Below are positions 55,242-64,000 of a DNA stretch of 64,000 bases, one piece after another. How positions within the stretch are numbered: the first letter of the stretch is position 1; each line of letters begins with the position of its first letter. The notes under the pieces are model-generated. The model was not told the origin of the DNA, searched no databases, and saw only the letters and a program-made list of their open reading frames with translations. The DNA comes from Prevotella sp. Its GTDB lineage: Bacteria > Bacteroidota > Bacteroidia > Bacteroidales > Bacteroidaceae. The position numbers were made by a program, and so were the translations under genes. The stretch is taken from contig JAFZSL010000002.1 of NCBI GenBank assembly GCA_017619375.1, forward strand, positions 23,679 through 87,678. Reading direction: 5' to 3'.

Positions 55242-58200
55242 GAAAGATACTGATTTTCGTATTGTTGATGGCGGCAGCATCGATGACCGCCCAGGACATG
55301 AAAAACGTGACGGGACAAGTGGTGGATGCCGCGACAGGGAAACCCTTGTCGGGTGTCATGGTCCAGGCCTATGGCGATGCGAGATACTCCACCCTTACTG
55401 ACGAGATGGGCTACTATGTGCTCAAGACACCAGAATACACCCGCTCCATCATCATCAGGGTGGACGGATACAACCTTGAGCAATGCGCAGTGAGGAACGG
55501 CGTGGCCAATGGAAAACTTTACCCGGAAAGTTTTGGCGAACTCTACAATCCCGCCACCAGCGCCACCGCCACTTCAGAGGCTTCCAACTTTGCCAACACC
55601 TCTGAAGTCAGCATCGACCCACTCGTGGCACAACGGATGGCCGCCGATGTCAGGCCGACTACGCTCAGCGGACTACCCGGAATAGGAGGTCGCATGCTCA
55701 TCGGAGGCATCAACTCCTTGAATGCCAACAGCCAACCCTTGGTGGTCATCGACGGAGTCATCATGGATATGCAGTACAACCGTCAGATGCTTCACGACGG
55801 CTACTACAACAACATGCTGGCCAATCTCAATGTCAATGACATCGAGAAAGTGACAGTGCTGAAAAACGGCACCGCCCTCTATGGCGCGAAAGCCGCCGAC
55901 GGCGTCATCCTCATCCAGACCAAGCGCAACAAGAGCATGGCCACCAAGATCGACGTGACCATCAACGGACGCTACGAATTGGTGCCGAAACTTCCCGAGA
56001 TGATGGATGCCGAGGACTACAGGCTTTACACCACGGAATTGCTCGCTGGCAAGACCAAGTTGCAAGGGTCGATGAAATACCTGAACAACGACCCCAACTA
56101 CTTCTACTACAAGCAGTATCACAACCAGACCGATTGGACGAAGGAAGTGTATGAGAATGCCTTCTCCCAGAATTACGGCATCAATGTGCAGGGTGGCGAC
56201 AATGTGGCATCCTACAACCTCTCCGTGGGTTATTCCTTGGGAAACAGCACGCTGAAGAAGAACGATTTCTCCAGGTTCAACATGCGCCTCAATTCTGACA
56301 TCGAGGTCATCAGGGGACTTGACGTCAGATTCGATGCCTCCTACAGCGACCTCGACAGGTCCCTTACCGACGACGGCGCACCCATCGACCCGCTTGAGGG
56401 CGTCATCACCTCGCCGGGATTCCTCAGTTTGGCCAAGGCTCCTTTCCTCTCGCCTTATGCCTACGACATGAACGGCAACCTCAGCCATTATCTCTCCGAG
56501 GCCGACGACTACCTCGAGGGCATGTTCCAAGGCAAGGGAAGACTCGCCAACCCGACGAGCATCCTCGAGAATGGCGATGGCACCAACCGCAACTCCTTCG
56601 GAAGCCGACTCATCATGTTTGCCATCACTCCGAAAGTGAGACTCAACAGGCATCTTAAACTGGCTGAGCATTTCTCCCTTGGACTGGTCAATACCAACGA
56701 GAACTACTACCTCCCCATCATGGGCGTGCCCACCTTCACTGTCAAAGGATTGGATGAAGGAGCCACGTTGCAGAACTATGTTCAGAGCGCATCCGCAAGG
56801 CAGACATCCATCCAAAGTGACACCTATCTCGATTGGAACAACCGTTACGGACCACACCGCATCAACTTGAGGGGTGGCGTGAGGTATCTCACCAGCGAAT
56901 ACAAGTCCACCTGGCAAAGAGGCTACAACACCGGCAACGACAAGACGCCCAATATGAGCAACTCCTTGCAGTTCAAGAAAACCGGTGGTGCCGATGACAA
57001 GTGGAAGGAAATCGCTTGGTATGGCGTGGCAGGATACAACTACGCTGAGCGTTTCTATCTTGATGGTGGCTTCTCCCTCCAGTCCTCCTCTCGCTTTGGC
57101 GATGATGCCGACGGACTGAAACTGGCAGGAGTGGTGTGGGGCCTCTTCCCCAGCATCGAGGCGGCATGGGTGCTTTCCAACGAGAAGTTCCTCGCCAACG
57201 TGAAAGGCATCAACTACCTCAAGATTAATGCAGGATTCGATGTCACCGGCAATGACGACATCGACTACACCGCTTCAAGAAGTTATTTCGTCTCCAACCT
57301 CATGCTCAACAACGAAGTCACAGGACTCTCCATCGGAAACATCGGCAACACCGAACTGAAATGGGAGACCACGAGAAGGGTGACTGCCGGACTGGAAGCC
57401 AATTTCCTCAACAACAGGATCAGCCTCCGGGCCAACGTCTTCAAGAGTTGGACGGAGAACCTCCTCGCCTTGAGACAACTCGCTTGGACCAGCGGCTTGC
57501 AGGAGACTTGGACCAACGCTGGCAAGTTGGAGAACAGCGGCTTTGATGTGAGCCTCAAGGCAAAGGTGCTTGCCCTCAAAGACTTCCAATGGGAGATTGG
57601 TGCATCCGTCGGACATTATTCCAACGAGGTCACCGCACTGCCTGATGGGCGCTCCTTTGAGACGGAAGCCTATGGCGCAAACATCTTGACGAAGGTGGGA
57701 CAACCCGTAGGTGTCTTCTATGGATGGAAGACCAACGGCGTCTATCAGAACACTGCGCAGGCCACCGGCGAAGGTCTCTATATCGACACGCCGACGGGTG
57801 GACGCAGTTATTTCCAAGCCGGTGACATGCGCTTCGCCGACCTCGATGGAAACAAGGTCATCAATGACGCAGACAAATGCATCATCGGAGACCCCAACCC
57901 CGACCTCTATGGAAACATCTTCACCAACCTGACATGGAAGAGGTTCACTCTCTCTGCCGTGTTCAATTACTCCCTTGGCAACGACCTTTACAACTACCAG
58001 CGCTCGCTGCTCGAAGGAGGAAGCCTGTTCCTCAATCAGACCACGGCCATGAACAACCGGTGGAACACCGAGGGACAGTTGACCACCATCCCCAGGGTCA
58101 GTTACAACGACCCGATGGGCAACTCACGCTTCAGCGACAGATGGATAGAGGATGGCAGCTACCTCAGGCTCAGTTCCGTCACCCTCAGTTACCACCTCCC

Positions 58201-58387
58201 CATCATCAGCACCTACTTGCAGGGCATCACCGTGTGGGGTAATGCCTCCAACCTCTTCACTCTCACCAAATACCTGGGAAGCGACCCCGACAGGGCATTG
58301 CCCGGAAGCCAACTTTACCAAGGCATTGACTTCGGATATGTCGCCCCGGGACGCACTTTCTCACTCGGTGTCAATATCAACCTCTAA
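55238..58387 (+). CDS. Second SusC/RagA family TonB-dependent transporter
   Basis: NSQPLVVIDG; NDIEKVTVLKNGTALYGAKAADGVILIQTKR; LKWETT; RWIEDGSYLRL; C-terminus GVNINL. Confidence 0.95.
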   Translation: MRKILIFVLLMAAASMTAQDMKNVTGQVVDAATGKPLSGVMVQAYGDARYSTLTDEMGYYVLKTPEYTRSIIIRVDGYNLEQCAVRNGVANGKLYPESFGELYNPATSATATSEASNFANTSEVSIDPLVAQRMAADVRPTTLSGLPGIGGRMLIGGINSLNANSQPLVVIDGVIMDMQYNRQMLHDGYYNNMLANLNVNDIEKVTVLKNGTALYGAKAADGVILIQTKRNKSMATKIDVTINGRYELVPKLPEMMDAEDYRLYTTELLAGKTKLQGSMKYLNNDPNYFYYKQYHNQTDWTKEVYENAFSQNYGINVQGGDNVASYNLSVGYSLGNSTLKKNDFSRFNMRLNSDIEVIRGLDVRFDASYSDLDRSLTDDGAPIDPLEGVITSPGFLSLAKAPFLSPYAYDMNGNLSHYLSEADDYLEGMFQGKGRLANPTSILENGDGTNRNSFGSRLIMFAITPKVRLNRHLKLAEHFSLGLVNTNENYYLPIMGVPTFTVKGLDEGATLQNYVQSASARQTSIQSDTYLDWNNRYGPHRINLRGGVRYLTSEYKSTWQRGYNTGNDKTPNMSNSLQFKKTGGADDKWKEIAWYGVAGYNYAERFYLDGGFSLQSSSRFGDDADGLKLAGVVWGLFPSIEAAWVLSNEKFLANVKGINYLKINAGFDVTGNDDIDYTASRSYFVSNLMLNNEVTGLSIGNIGNTELKWETTRRVTAGLEANFLNNRISLRANVFKSWTENLLALRQLAWTSGLQETWTNAGKLENSGFDVSLKAKVLALKDFQWEIGASVGHYSNEVTALPDGRSFETEAYGANILTKVGQPVGVFYGWKTNGVYQNTAQATGEGLYIDTPTGGRSYFQAGDMRFADLDGNKVINDADKCIIGDPNPDLYGNIFTNLTWKRFTLSAVFNYSLGNDLYNYQRSLLEGGSLFLNQTTAMNNRWNTEGQLTTIPRVSYNDPMGNSRFSDRWIEDGSYLRLSSVTLSYHLPIISTYLQGITVWGNASNLFTLTKYLGSDPDRALPGSQLYQGIDFGYVAPGRTFSLGVNINL

Positions 58388-58399
58388 AAAGACAGGAAA

Positions 58400-60100
58400 A
58401 TGAAAAAATTACTTCAATTCATCACAGTCATCACCCTGTCGGCCTTCCTCTTCGGCTGCGCCGACCTGATGGAAACCGACTCTGAACTTGTCGAGTTTGA
58501 GGAGGACAACACCCTGAACCATCCCACCGACACCGTCTATAGTGTCATGGGCATCATAGGGAAGATGCAAGTCATCGCCGACCGCACCGTGCTTCTTGGA
58601 GAGGTGAGGGGAGACCTGCTGACCACCACCGATGCCGCCGATGCCGACCTCAAGAGGCTCGCTGCCTTCGATGTCACCACAGACAACAAGTACAATGCCG
58701 TGAGCGACTACTATGCTGTCATCAACAACTGCAACTACTTCATCCAGCATGTCGACACAACGCTGCAACGCAGGGGAAGAACCATCTTCACCTCTGAATA
58801 TGCCGCAGTGAAAGCCTTCAGGGCATGGACCTACCTCCAACTCGCTCTTGCCTATGGCGAGGTGCCCTTGGTCACCGTGCCGGTGATGACGGAACAGGAC
58901 GCCAAGAACGAGATGAACAAGGCCAGGACGGGCATCGTGGATATCTGCAACTTCTTCATTGACGACCTCAAACCCTATGCATTGGTGGAGAAACCAAGAT
59001 ATGGTTCCATCAACGGCATCAGTTCCGAATTCTTCTTCATCCCTGTCAGGGTGTTGCTGGGCGACCTCTGCCTCTGGGCGGGTCGCTATCAGGAGGCCGC
59101 AACATGGTATCATGACTACCTCAACGACAAGAACGAACCGAGGCCTATGAATGCGTCGGCACGCTCCAGATGGAACACCAATATCACCGAGTTCAACCTC
59201 GCGACACCCATCAATGGATACGAAGTCACCAACACCCGCGAGACACTCAGCCTCATCCCGATGGAGGACCGTATTTTCGACGGCGTGGTCAGCGACTTGC
59301 AGAACGTGTATGGTTCCACCCGCGAAAACAACTATTACTTCCAGGTCACGCCTTCACAGGCCATGATGGACTTGTCGGCCGAGCAGACCTATTGCATGGA
59401 GTTCAAGAACGACACCGAGACCGACACCATCTATGTCCCCAAGGTGGGACTCATGAGGGATGTCATGGCAGGAGACTTGAGACTCTATTCCAACTTCTCC
59501 CAGAACTCCGTGGGAGGACAGGATGAGTATTCGGAGTTCTCCACCATCCGTCAGAGCGTCAACAAGGTCACTTCGAGATGGGTGGCCACCTACAGGCTCA
59601 ACATGGTGTATCTGCATTATGCCGAGGCCCTCAACCGCAGTGGACTGCCTCAGTCGGCGATGGCCGTGCTGAAGTATGGCTTGTGCCCAGAGAATGTGGT
59701 GGCATACGTTGACAGTACAGAGCAGGTGGCTGCCGGCAACCTCATCGCCTTTGACAACAACGTCTTCACTCGTGAGAATACCATCGGCATCCACTCCATT
59801 GGGTCGGGCGACTCGCAAGCCAACGGCCTCTACGTCCTTCCCATGCCAAGTGAGCCGATGGCCACCCGTCAGGACACCGTCAATTACCAAATCCCGCTTG
59901 TGGAAGACATGATTGTCAATGAGATGGCCCTGGAGGGTGCTTTCGAAGGCTACCGCTTCTACGACTTGATGAGGATAGCGATGCGCAGAAACGCCCCTGA
60001 ATACCTCGCCATACCCATATCCAAGCGAAATGGCGTGGTGGACGAGGGACTGCGTGCCCGCCTCATGGAAAGGAGAAACTGGTATCTGCCACTGCCTTGA
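58400..60100 (+). CDS. Second SusD/RagB family lipoprotein
   Basis: Lipobox FLFGC; YYAVINNCNYFI; RAWTYLQLALAYGEVP; LLGDLCLW; YRLNMVYLHYAEALN; LEGAFEGYRFYDLMR. Confidence 0.92.
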   Translation: MKKLLQFITVITLSAFLFGCADLMETDSELVEFEEDNTLNHPTDTVYSVMGIIGKMQVIADRTVLLGEVRGDLLTTTDAADADLKRLAAFDVTTDNKYNAVSDYYAVINNCNYFIQHVDTTLQRRGRTIFTSEYAAVKAFRAWTYLQLALAYGEVPLVTVPVMTEQDAKNEMNKARTGIVDICNFFIDDLKPYALVEKPRYGSINGISSEFFFIPVRVLLGDLCLWAGRYQEAATWYHDYLNDKNEPRPMNASARSRWNTNITEFNLATPINGYEVTNTRETLSLIPMEDRIFDGVVSDLQNVYGSTRENNYYFQVTPSQAMMDLSAEQTYCMEFKNDTETDTIYVPKVGLMRDVMAGDLRLYSNFSQNSVGGQDEYSEFSTIRQSVNKVTSRWVATYRLNMVYLHYAEALNRSGLPQSAMAVLKYGLCPENVVAYVDSTEQVAAGNLIAFDNNVFTRENTIGIHSIGSGDSQANGLYVLPMPSEPMATRQDTVNYQIPLVEDMIVNEMALEGAFEGYRFYDLMRIAMRRNAPEYLAIPISKRNGVVDEGLRARLMERRNWYLPLP

Positions 60101-60107
60101 CACCATG

Positions 60108-60150
60108 CTCGGAGGAATTGGAGCAATTTGAATGCTCCGAGTCCTCCGAG
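60108..60150. terminator. Hairpin built of 9-nt GGAG units after SusD2
   Basis: CTCGGAGGA-ATTGGAGCA, 7-nt loop, TGCTCCGAG-TCCTCCGAG. Confidence 0.6.
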
Positions 60151-60216
60151 AAAGCCTATCATCAGAATAATCTGAGTTTTTTACCAACCTTTTTCAATAA
60201 TTAAATTCATTCATCT

Positions 60217-63200
60217 ATGCGAAAGCTTTACAAAATTTTCATCGCGCTGACCCTATGCGTGTTTGGTGTGGTGAACGCGAATGCAGGGGAGCGCACGCCG
60301 CTCACTCCCGACATTTTCTTCGCGTGGGACGGATGGGGTGCTGACGCCCAGCAGACCGGTCCCGCCGATTGTGCTTACGTGCTAAATGAGTCAACAGGAC
60401 AGCCCTATGGTGACCCCTCGGTCATCAACTACGCTGACCTGACGCTCTACTCGAAACTCTATGTCACGTGCACGGAGGGAACACCACGATTCCTCTTCAA
60501 CCGCACGAAGGATGAAGGACAGTACAGTGAGAACGAGGCAGAGTCCTACCTTCTCGAGTATCCGAAGAACGGATGGTCCGACCGTTACTTCACCAAGGAT
60601 GGCGACACCTACATCGTCGACATCAAGCAGATGGTGAAGGACAAGGGCTTCGCCCATCTTCATGCCATCAAGGGTGCCAACTGGTCCAACGTCACCGTCA
60701 CGGCCATGGACCTCGAGCGTGAGGGCAAGGCACAGCAGGTGGGATGGACCGACCTCATCGTCAACGGCAACCTCGAGGGTGACGATGTCACCAGCTTCTT
60801 CTCCAAGGAAGCTCCCTCTACAGATGTCCTCCCCTCTGTCATTTATGAGGGCGTAGGTGTCGATGGCAGCCGTGGCATCATGGTGCAGTCTGACGACAAC
60901 CCCTCACAGGATTGGGACACCCAGTTCTGGATGTACTTCCAGGAGAACATCCCCGAGGGCACCAAGTGGCGCGTGTCCTTCGACTATCGTGCCAGCCAGG
61001 ATGGTGGCTCCGACACCCAGGCCCATGCCGAGCCGGGCGACTACATTCACTATGAGATGATAGGCTCGCCCAACTTCTCCACCGAATGGCAGCACTGGAG
61101 CAACGAAGGCGTTGTCACATCTACCCAGGCTGGTCCCAACTCAGGTGGCGGCCTCTTCCACTCCATCGCCTTCAACCTCTCCAAGAACAAGGTGGCCACA
61201 CAGTTCTTCTTCGACAACCTCAAGTTCGAAATCTTCAAGGTCGGTACCGTGGCTGAGTTCTCCAACGACGTCATCCTCATCGACTTCGGTTTCGAGACCA
61301 ATATGAAGGAACTCGTGCAAGCCGGCGGACAGAAACGCTTGATGTATCCTCTCAACTGCGTCACCGTCAAGGTCAATGGCGAAGTGAAGGAACTCTACTC
61401 CGTGGAAGGCTTCGAGGATGGACGCTTCTACATCTTCCTCAACGAGGGTGTCGAACCATCCGACTTGGTGGAGGTGACCTTCACCAATCCGGGCGACCAG
61501 AAATACCACCTCATCTATCAGTCAGGCCCCGGTGGTGATGTGCAAAACTTCACCGGTATAGCCGAGTACAACCCAGAAGTGGAGGAGAACGATGGCTATC
61601 CTTACGACTACCTCACACCTGTTGTCATGGTGGCCGACCCCGAGGATGGTTCCTTCAATCTCCCCAACAGCATCAAGGAATTCAAGCTGAAGTTTGACAA
61701 GGATGTTGATTGTGGCGCATTGGAAGCCAAACTCGACAACGAGGCGCTGAGCATCTCTCCTGCAGAGGGCAATGCTTCAGAGGTCACTCTTGTCCGTAAC
61801 AGTTCCAGTGATCTCGCTGATGGCGAGTACACGCTTCATGTCACCAAGATCTATCCCATCCTCAGACTGGATGACTCCATCTACGGCGACACCATCATCA
61901 CCATCAACGTCGGCAAGGTCAGCACCGACCCGAACGATGTGCCGAAGGACATCCTGCCCGACTATCTGGCATCTGCACCCAACGGCGGCATCCCCGAGGG
62001 TTACCTCGTCATTTTCGGCGAAGGTGAGGAGCGCGTGGCTCCCAACACCTACGGCTCAGGCGCTCGTACTTTCGACTTCGCTGCCGGTGGTGACTTCACC
62101 AAGGGACTCTATTTCCGCGACAACTATGTGGAATATGGCTGCTTCACCGACTACCCACTCCCCTTGGAGGCTGGCAAGAAGTACGATGTCTTCTTCAACG
62201 CTGCTGCTTGGAAGGACAATGGCGGCTGGATGAAGTTCCAAATCCTCACCGAGGCTGAGGAGATTGTCTTCGAGACCGTGGTCAAGACCGCACCCAACGT
62301 CAACGGAAGCACCGGAGCTGTCAACGGCGCCGCAAGTTTCAACACCAAGTTCGTGCCAGAAGCCACTGGCAACTACAAACTCAGATGGATTCCCGCCACC
62401 AACGAGAATGGCGACCAGGGTGGTTTCAACGAGGTGATTCTCGCCAACCCGAGAGTCAAGTACGTGCCCAATGTCGCTGGTATCGAGGAGACACAACTCC
62501 TTGCCACCGCACTGGAGAATGCCAAGAGCACTCTCGCAGCCAACTCCGACGACAGGTACAGTGGTACTGCCTTCGACGCCCTGAATGCCCTCATCCAGAA
62601 GTATGAGGCAGAAGGTCCCAACTACACCGCTCCTTCCGCTTACAGAAACGCTGCCGCCGCTCTTGATGCTGCTTCACAGGCACTCAAGGACCACCGCGTG
62701 CTTTGCGACACCTACGACGCACTGCCAACCAAGGCACAGCAGATCGTGGACAACAATGCTGAGAAGAAGTTTGCCAATACTCAACTTTACGCCAGCCTCA
62801 AGGAGGTTGCCGCCAAGTATGTCACCAAGGAGACCAGCACCGTGACCGATCCTGAGACCGGTGAGACCTCCGAAGTTGTCAACTACATCATCAAGGTCAT
62901 CAAGGACGACGCTGAACTCCAGGCCGCCATTGAGGAACTCCAATACCTCGTCAACACCACCGACCTCCTCTTCACCGAGGGTGAGTCCAAGACTTCCGAC
63001 ACAGGTGTGAAAGTGCTCGTAGAGCGTCTCCGCCTGGGTGCCGAGGCCCTCAAGAGCCTGGGAGCCGGTGACGACCCGCTGGTAGCCGCTGCCAACAACG
63101 CCCTTACCGACGACGATGGTTTGGCAGAAGCCATCCAGAACAAGCTGAAGGTGGTGCTCTATGAGCAACTCAAAGACCCCAACAACCAGTTGTTCGCCGA

Positions 63201-63948
63201 GCAGGTCAACGAGGAAACCCTCGAGACCTTCACCCCGACTTATGACATGACGGTGTTCGTGAAGAACCCCAACATCTACAAGCAGCAGGACAACATGAAC
63301 TTCACTGAGGAGAATGTTCCTGGTTGGTACACTCCGGAAGGCTACAACCGTCCAGGCCTGAGCGTGGGATGGGGTCAGCCGAGAGGCAACAACGAGATTG
63401 CTGAGGACTGTATGTTCCAGACATGGGGCAGCAGCTTCAGGGTCGAGCAGACCGTCTACAACGCTCCTGTCGGCGTCTACACGCTGAAGGTCGGCTTCGG
63501 CGAGCGTATGAATGATGACGAGGCCAACTTCGTTGACAGTTACATCTATGCCAAGACCTCCGACACCCTTGAGGGTGAGGACGGACAGATTGGCGAGTGC
63601 CCGGGAATCGGACAGTCCTTCCCCTATGCCAACGCTGTCATTGAGAACATCGTCGTCACCGACGGCATCATCACCTTCGGTGCAAACGGTGGTCCTTCAT
63701 CTCACACCTTCGTCAATGACGTGAGACTGCTCATCGCAGCTCCCGCTCCGTATGTCGATTATGGACAGTTGTATCAAGACGCCTTCACCGACATCGATGG
63801 CAATGTCATCAAACCGGCCACCGTGCGTGCCGTGGAGTTGTATGACCTCAACGGACGCCGCCTTGTCACTGCCGGCAAGGGTGTCATGATTGTCAGGAAG
63901 TACATGAGCGACGGCACCATCAGGGTTGAGAAAGTCGTGAAGAAGTAA
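60217..63948 (+). CDS. Large T9SS-secreted multidomain protein with CBM4-like, Ig-like and helical repeat domains; no catalytic domain recognised
   Basis: Signal peptide; LIVNGNLEG..DWDTQFW..WRVSFDYRAS..FFFDNLKFE (CBM4/CenC-like); DPEDGSFNLP..LKFDKDV (Ig-like); C-terminus ELYDLNGRRL..KGVMIVRKYMSDGTIRVEKVVKK. Confidence 0.8.
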   Translation: MRKLYKIFIALTLCVFGVVNANAGERTPLTPDIFFAWDGWGADAQQTGPADCAYVLNESTGQPYGDPSVINYADLTLYSKLYVTCTEGTPRFLFNRTKDEGQYSENEAESYLLEYPKNGWSDRYFTKDGDTYIVDIKQMVKDKGFAHLHAIKGANWSNVTVTAMDLEREGKAQQVGWTDLIVNGNLEGDDVTSFFSKEAPSTDVLPSVIYEGVGVDGSRGIMVQSDDNPSQDWDTQFWMYFQENIPEGTKWRVSFDYRASQDGGSDTQAHAEPGDYIHYEMIGSPNFSTEWQHWSNEGVVTSTQAGPNSGGGLFHSIAFNLSKNKVATQFFFDNLKFEIFKVGTVAEFSNDVILIDFGFETNMKELVQAGGQKRLMYPLNCVTVKVNGEVKELYSVEGFEDGRFYIFLNEGVEPSDLVEVTFTNPGDQKYHLIYQSGPGGDVQNFTGIAEYNPEVEENDGYPYDYLTPVVMVADPEDGSFNLPNSIKEFKLKFDKDVDCGALEAKLDNEALSISPAEGNASEVTLVRNSSSDLADGEYTLHVTKIYPILRLDDSIYGDTIITINVGKVSTDPNDVPKDILPDYLASAPNGGIPEGYLVIFGEGEERVAPNTYGSGARTFDFAAGGDFTKGLYFRDNYVEYGCFTDYPLPLEAGKKYDVFFNAAAWKDNGGWMKFQILTEAEEIVFETVVKTAPNVNGSTGAVNGAASFNTKFVPEATGNYKLRWIPATNENGDQGGFNEVILANPRVKYVPNVAGIEETQLLATALENAKSTLAANSDDRYSGTAFDALNALIQKYEAEGPNYTAPSAYRNAAAALDAASQALKDHRVLCDTYDALPTKAQQIVDNNAEKKFANTQLYASLKEVAAKYVTKETSTVTDPETGETSEVVNYIIKVIKDDAELQAAIEELQYLVNTTDLLFTEGESKTSDTGVKVLVERLRLGAEALKSLGAGDDPLVAAANNALTDDDGLAEAIQNKLKVVLYEQLKDPNNQLFAEQVNEETLETFTPTYDMTVFVKNPNIYKQQDNMNFTEENVPGWYTPEGYNRPGLSVGWGQPRGNNEIAEDCMFQTWGSSFRVEQTVYNAPVGVYTLKVGFGERMNDDEANFVDSYIYAKTSDTLEGEDGQIGECPGIGQSFPYANAVIENIVVTDGIITFGANGGPSSHTFVNDVRLLIAAPAPYVDYGQLYQDAFTDIDGNVIKPATVRAVELYDLNGRRLVTAGKGVMIVRKYMSDGTIRVEKVVKK

Positions 63949-64000
63949 CAGATTTGATGATGTGATGAAAATGTGACTTTTCATCTCAACACCCTTCAGG

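Noticed and set aside
1553-63984. Many other 60-440-aa ORFs overlapping the called genes (e.g. 13164..14384, 45448..46773, 47981..49231, 55673..56917)
   Set aside because: Same antisense or off-frame artefact of codon bias; no start context and no recognisable domains.
1-64000. Prophage, IS/transposase, integrase, tRNA, rRNA, defence systems
   Set aside because: No such motifs were seen; composition is uniform apart from AT-rich intergenic spacers.

Overview
A 64-kb chromosomal window that looks like a rumen or gut Prevotella-type Bacteroidales genome. This is inferred from TAnnTTTG promoters, SusC/SusD pairs, Prevotella-style T9SS C-terminal tails and strong GC3 codon bias. There are about 33 real CDSs; I see no rRNA, tRNA, CRISPR array, transposase or integrase. 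From left to right: (1) ECF sigma factor, short FecR-C-type anti-sigma, and a 2144-aa alpha-2-macroglobulin carrying two grafted TonB-dependent-transporter N-terminal modules; (2) hemicellulose/pectin esterases and GH43s; (3) M16 peptidase, tandem SH3b protein, large TlpA protein, alpha/beta hydrolase; (4) nrdD-nrdG; (5) an operon of TlpA, putative beta-barrel (DUF6029-like), Omp28 lipoprotein, T9SS Omp28-like protein and T9SS adhesin; (6) DUF1593 protein and GH8 fusion; (7) waaA-gltX; (8) CE1-type esterase and a PUL with three fasciclin lipoproteins, two SusC/SusD pairs and a large, apparently non-catalytic T9SS protein. Best candidates for a new system: the sigma/anti-sigma/STN-macroglobulin triad (possible protease-sensing signalling), the CxxC relay around the beta-barrel, the fasciclin double-SusCD PUL whose second SusC lacks a canonical TonB box, and an intergenic TAGGA repeat family with 10-bp periodicity that often supplies stop codons. 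All family assignments come from recognising motifs by eye; no database search was run.
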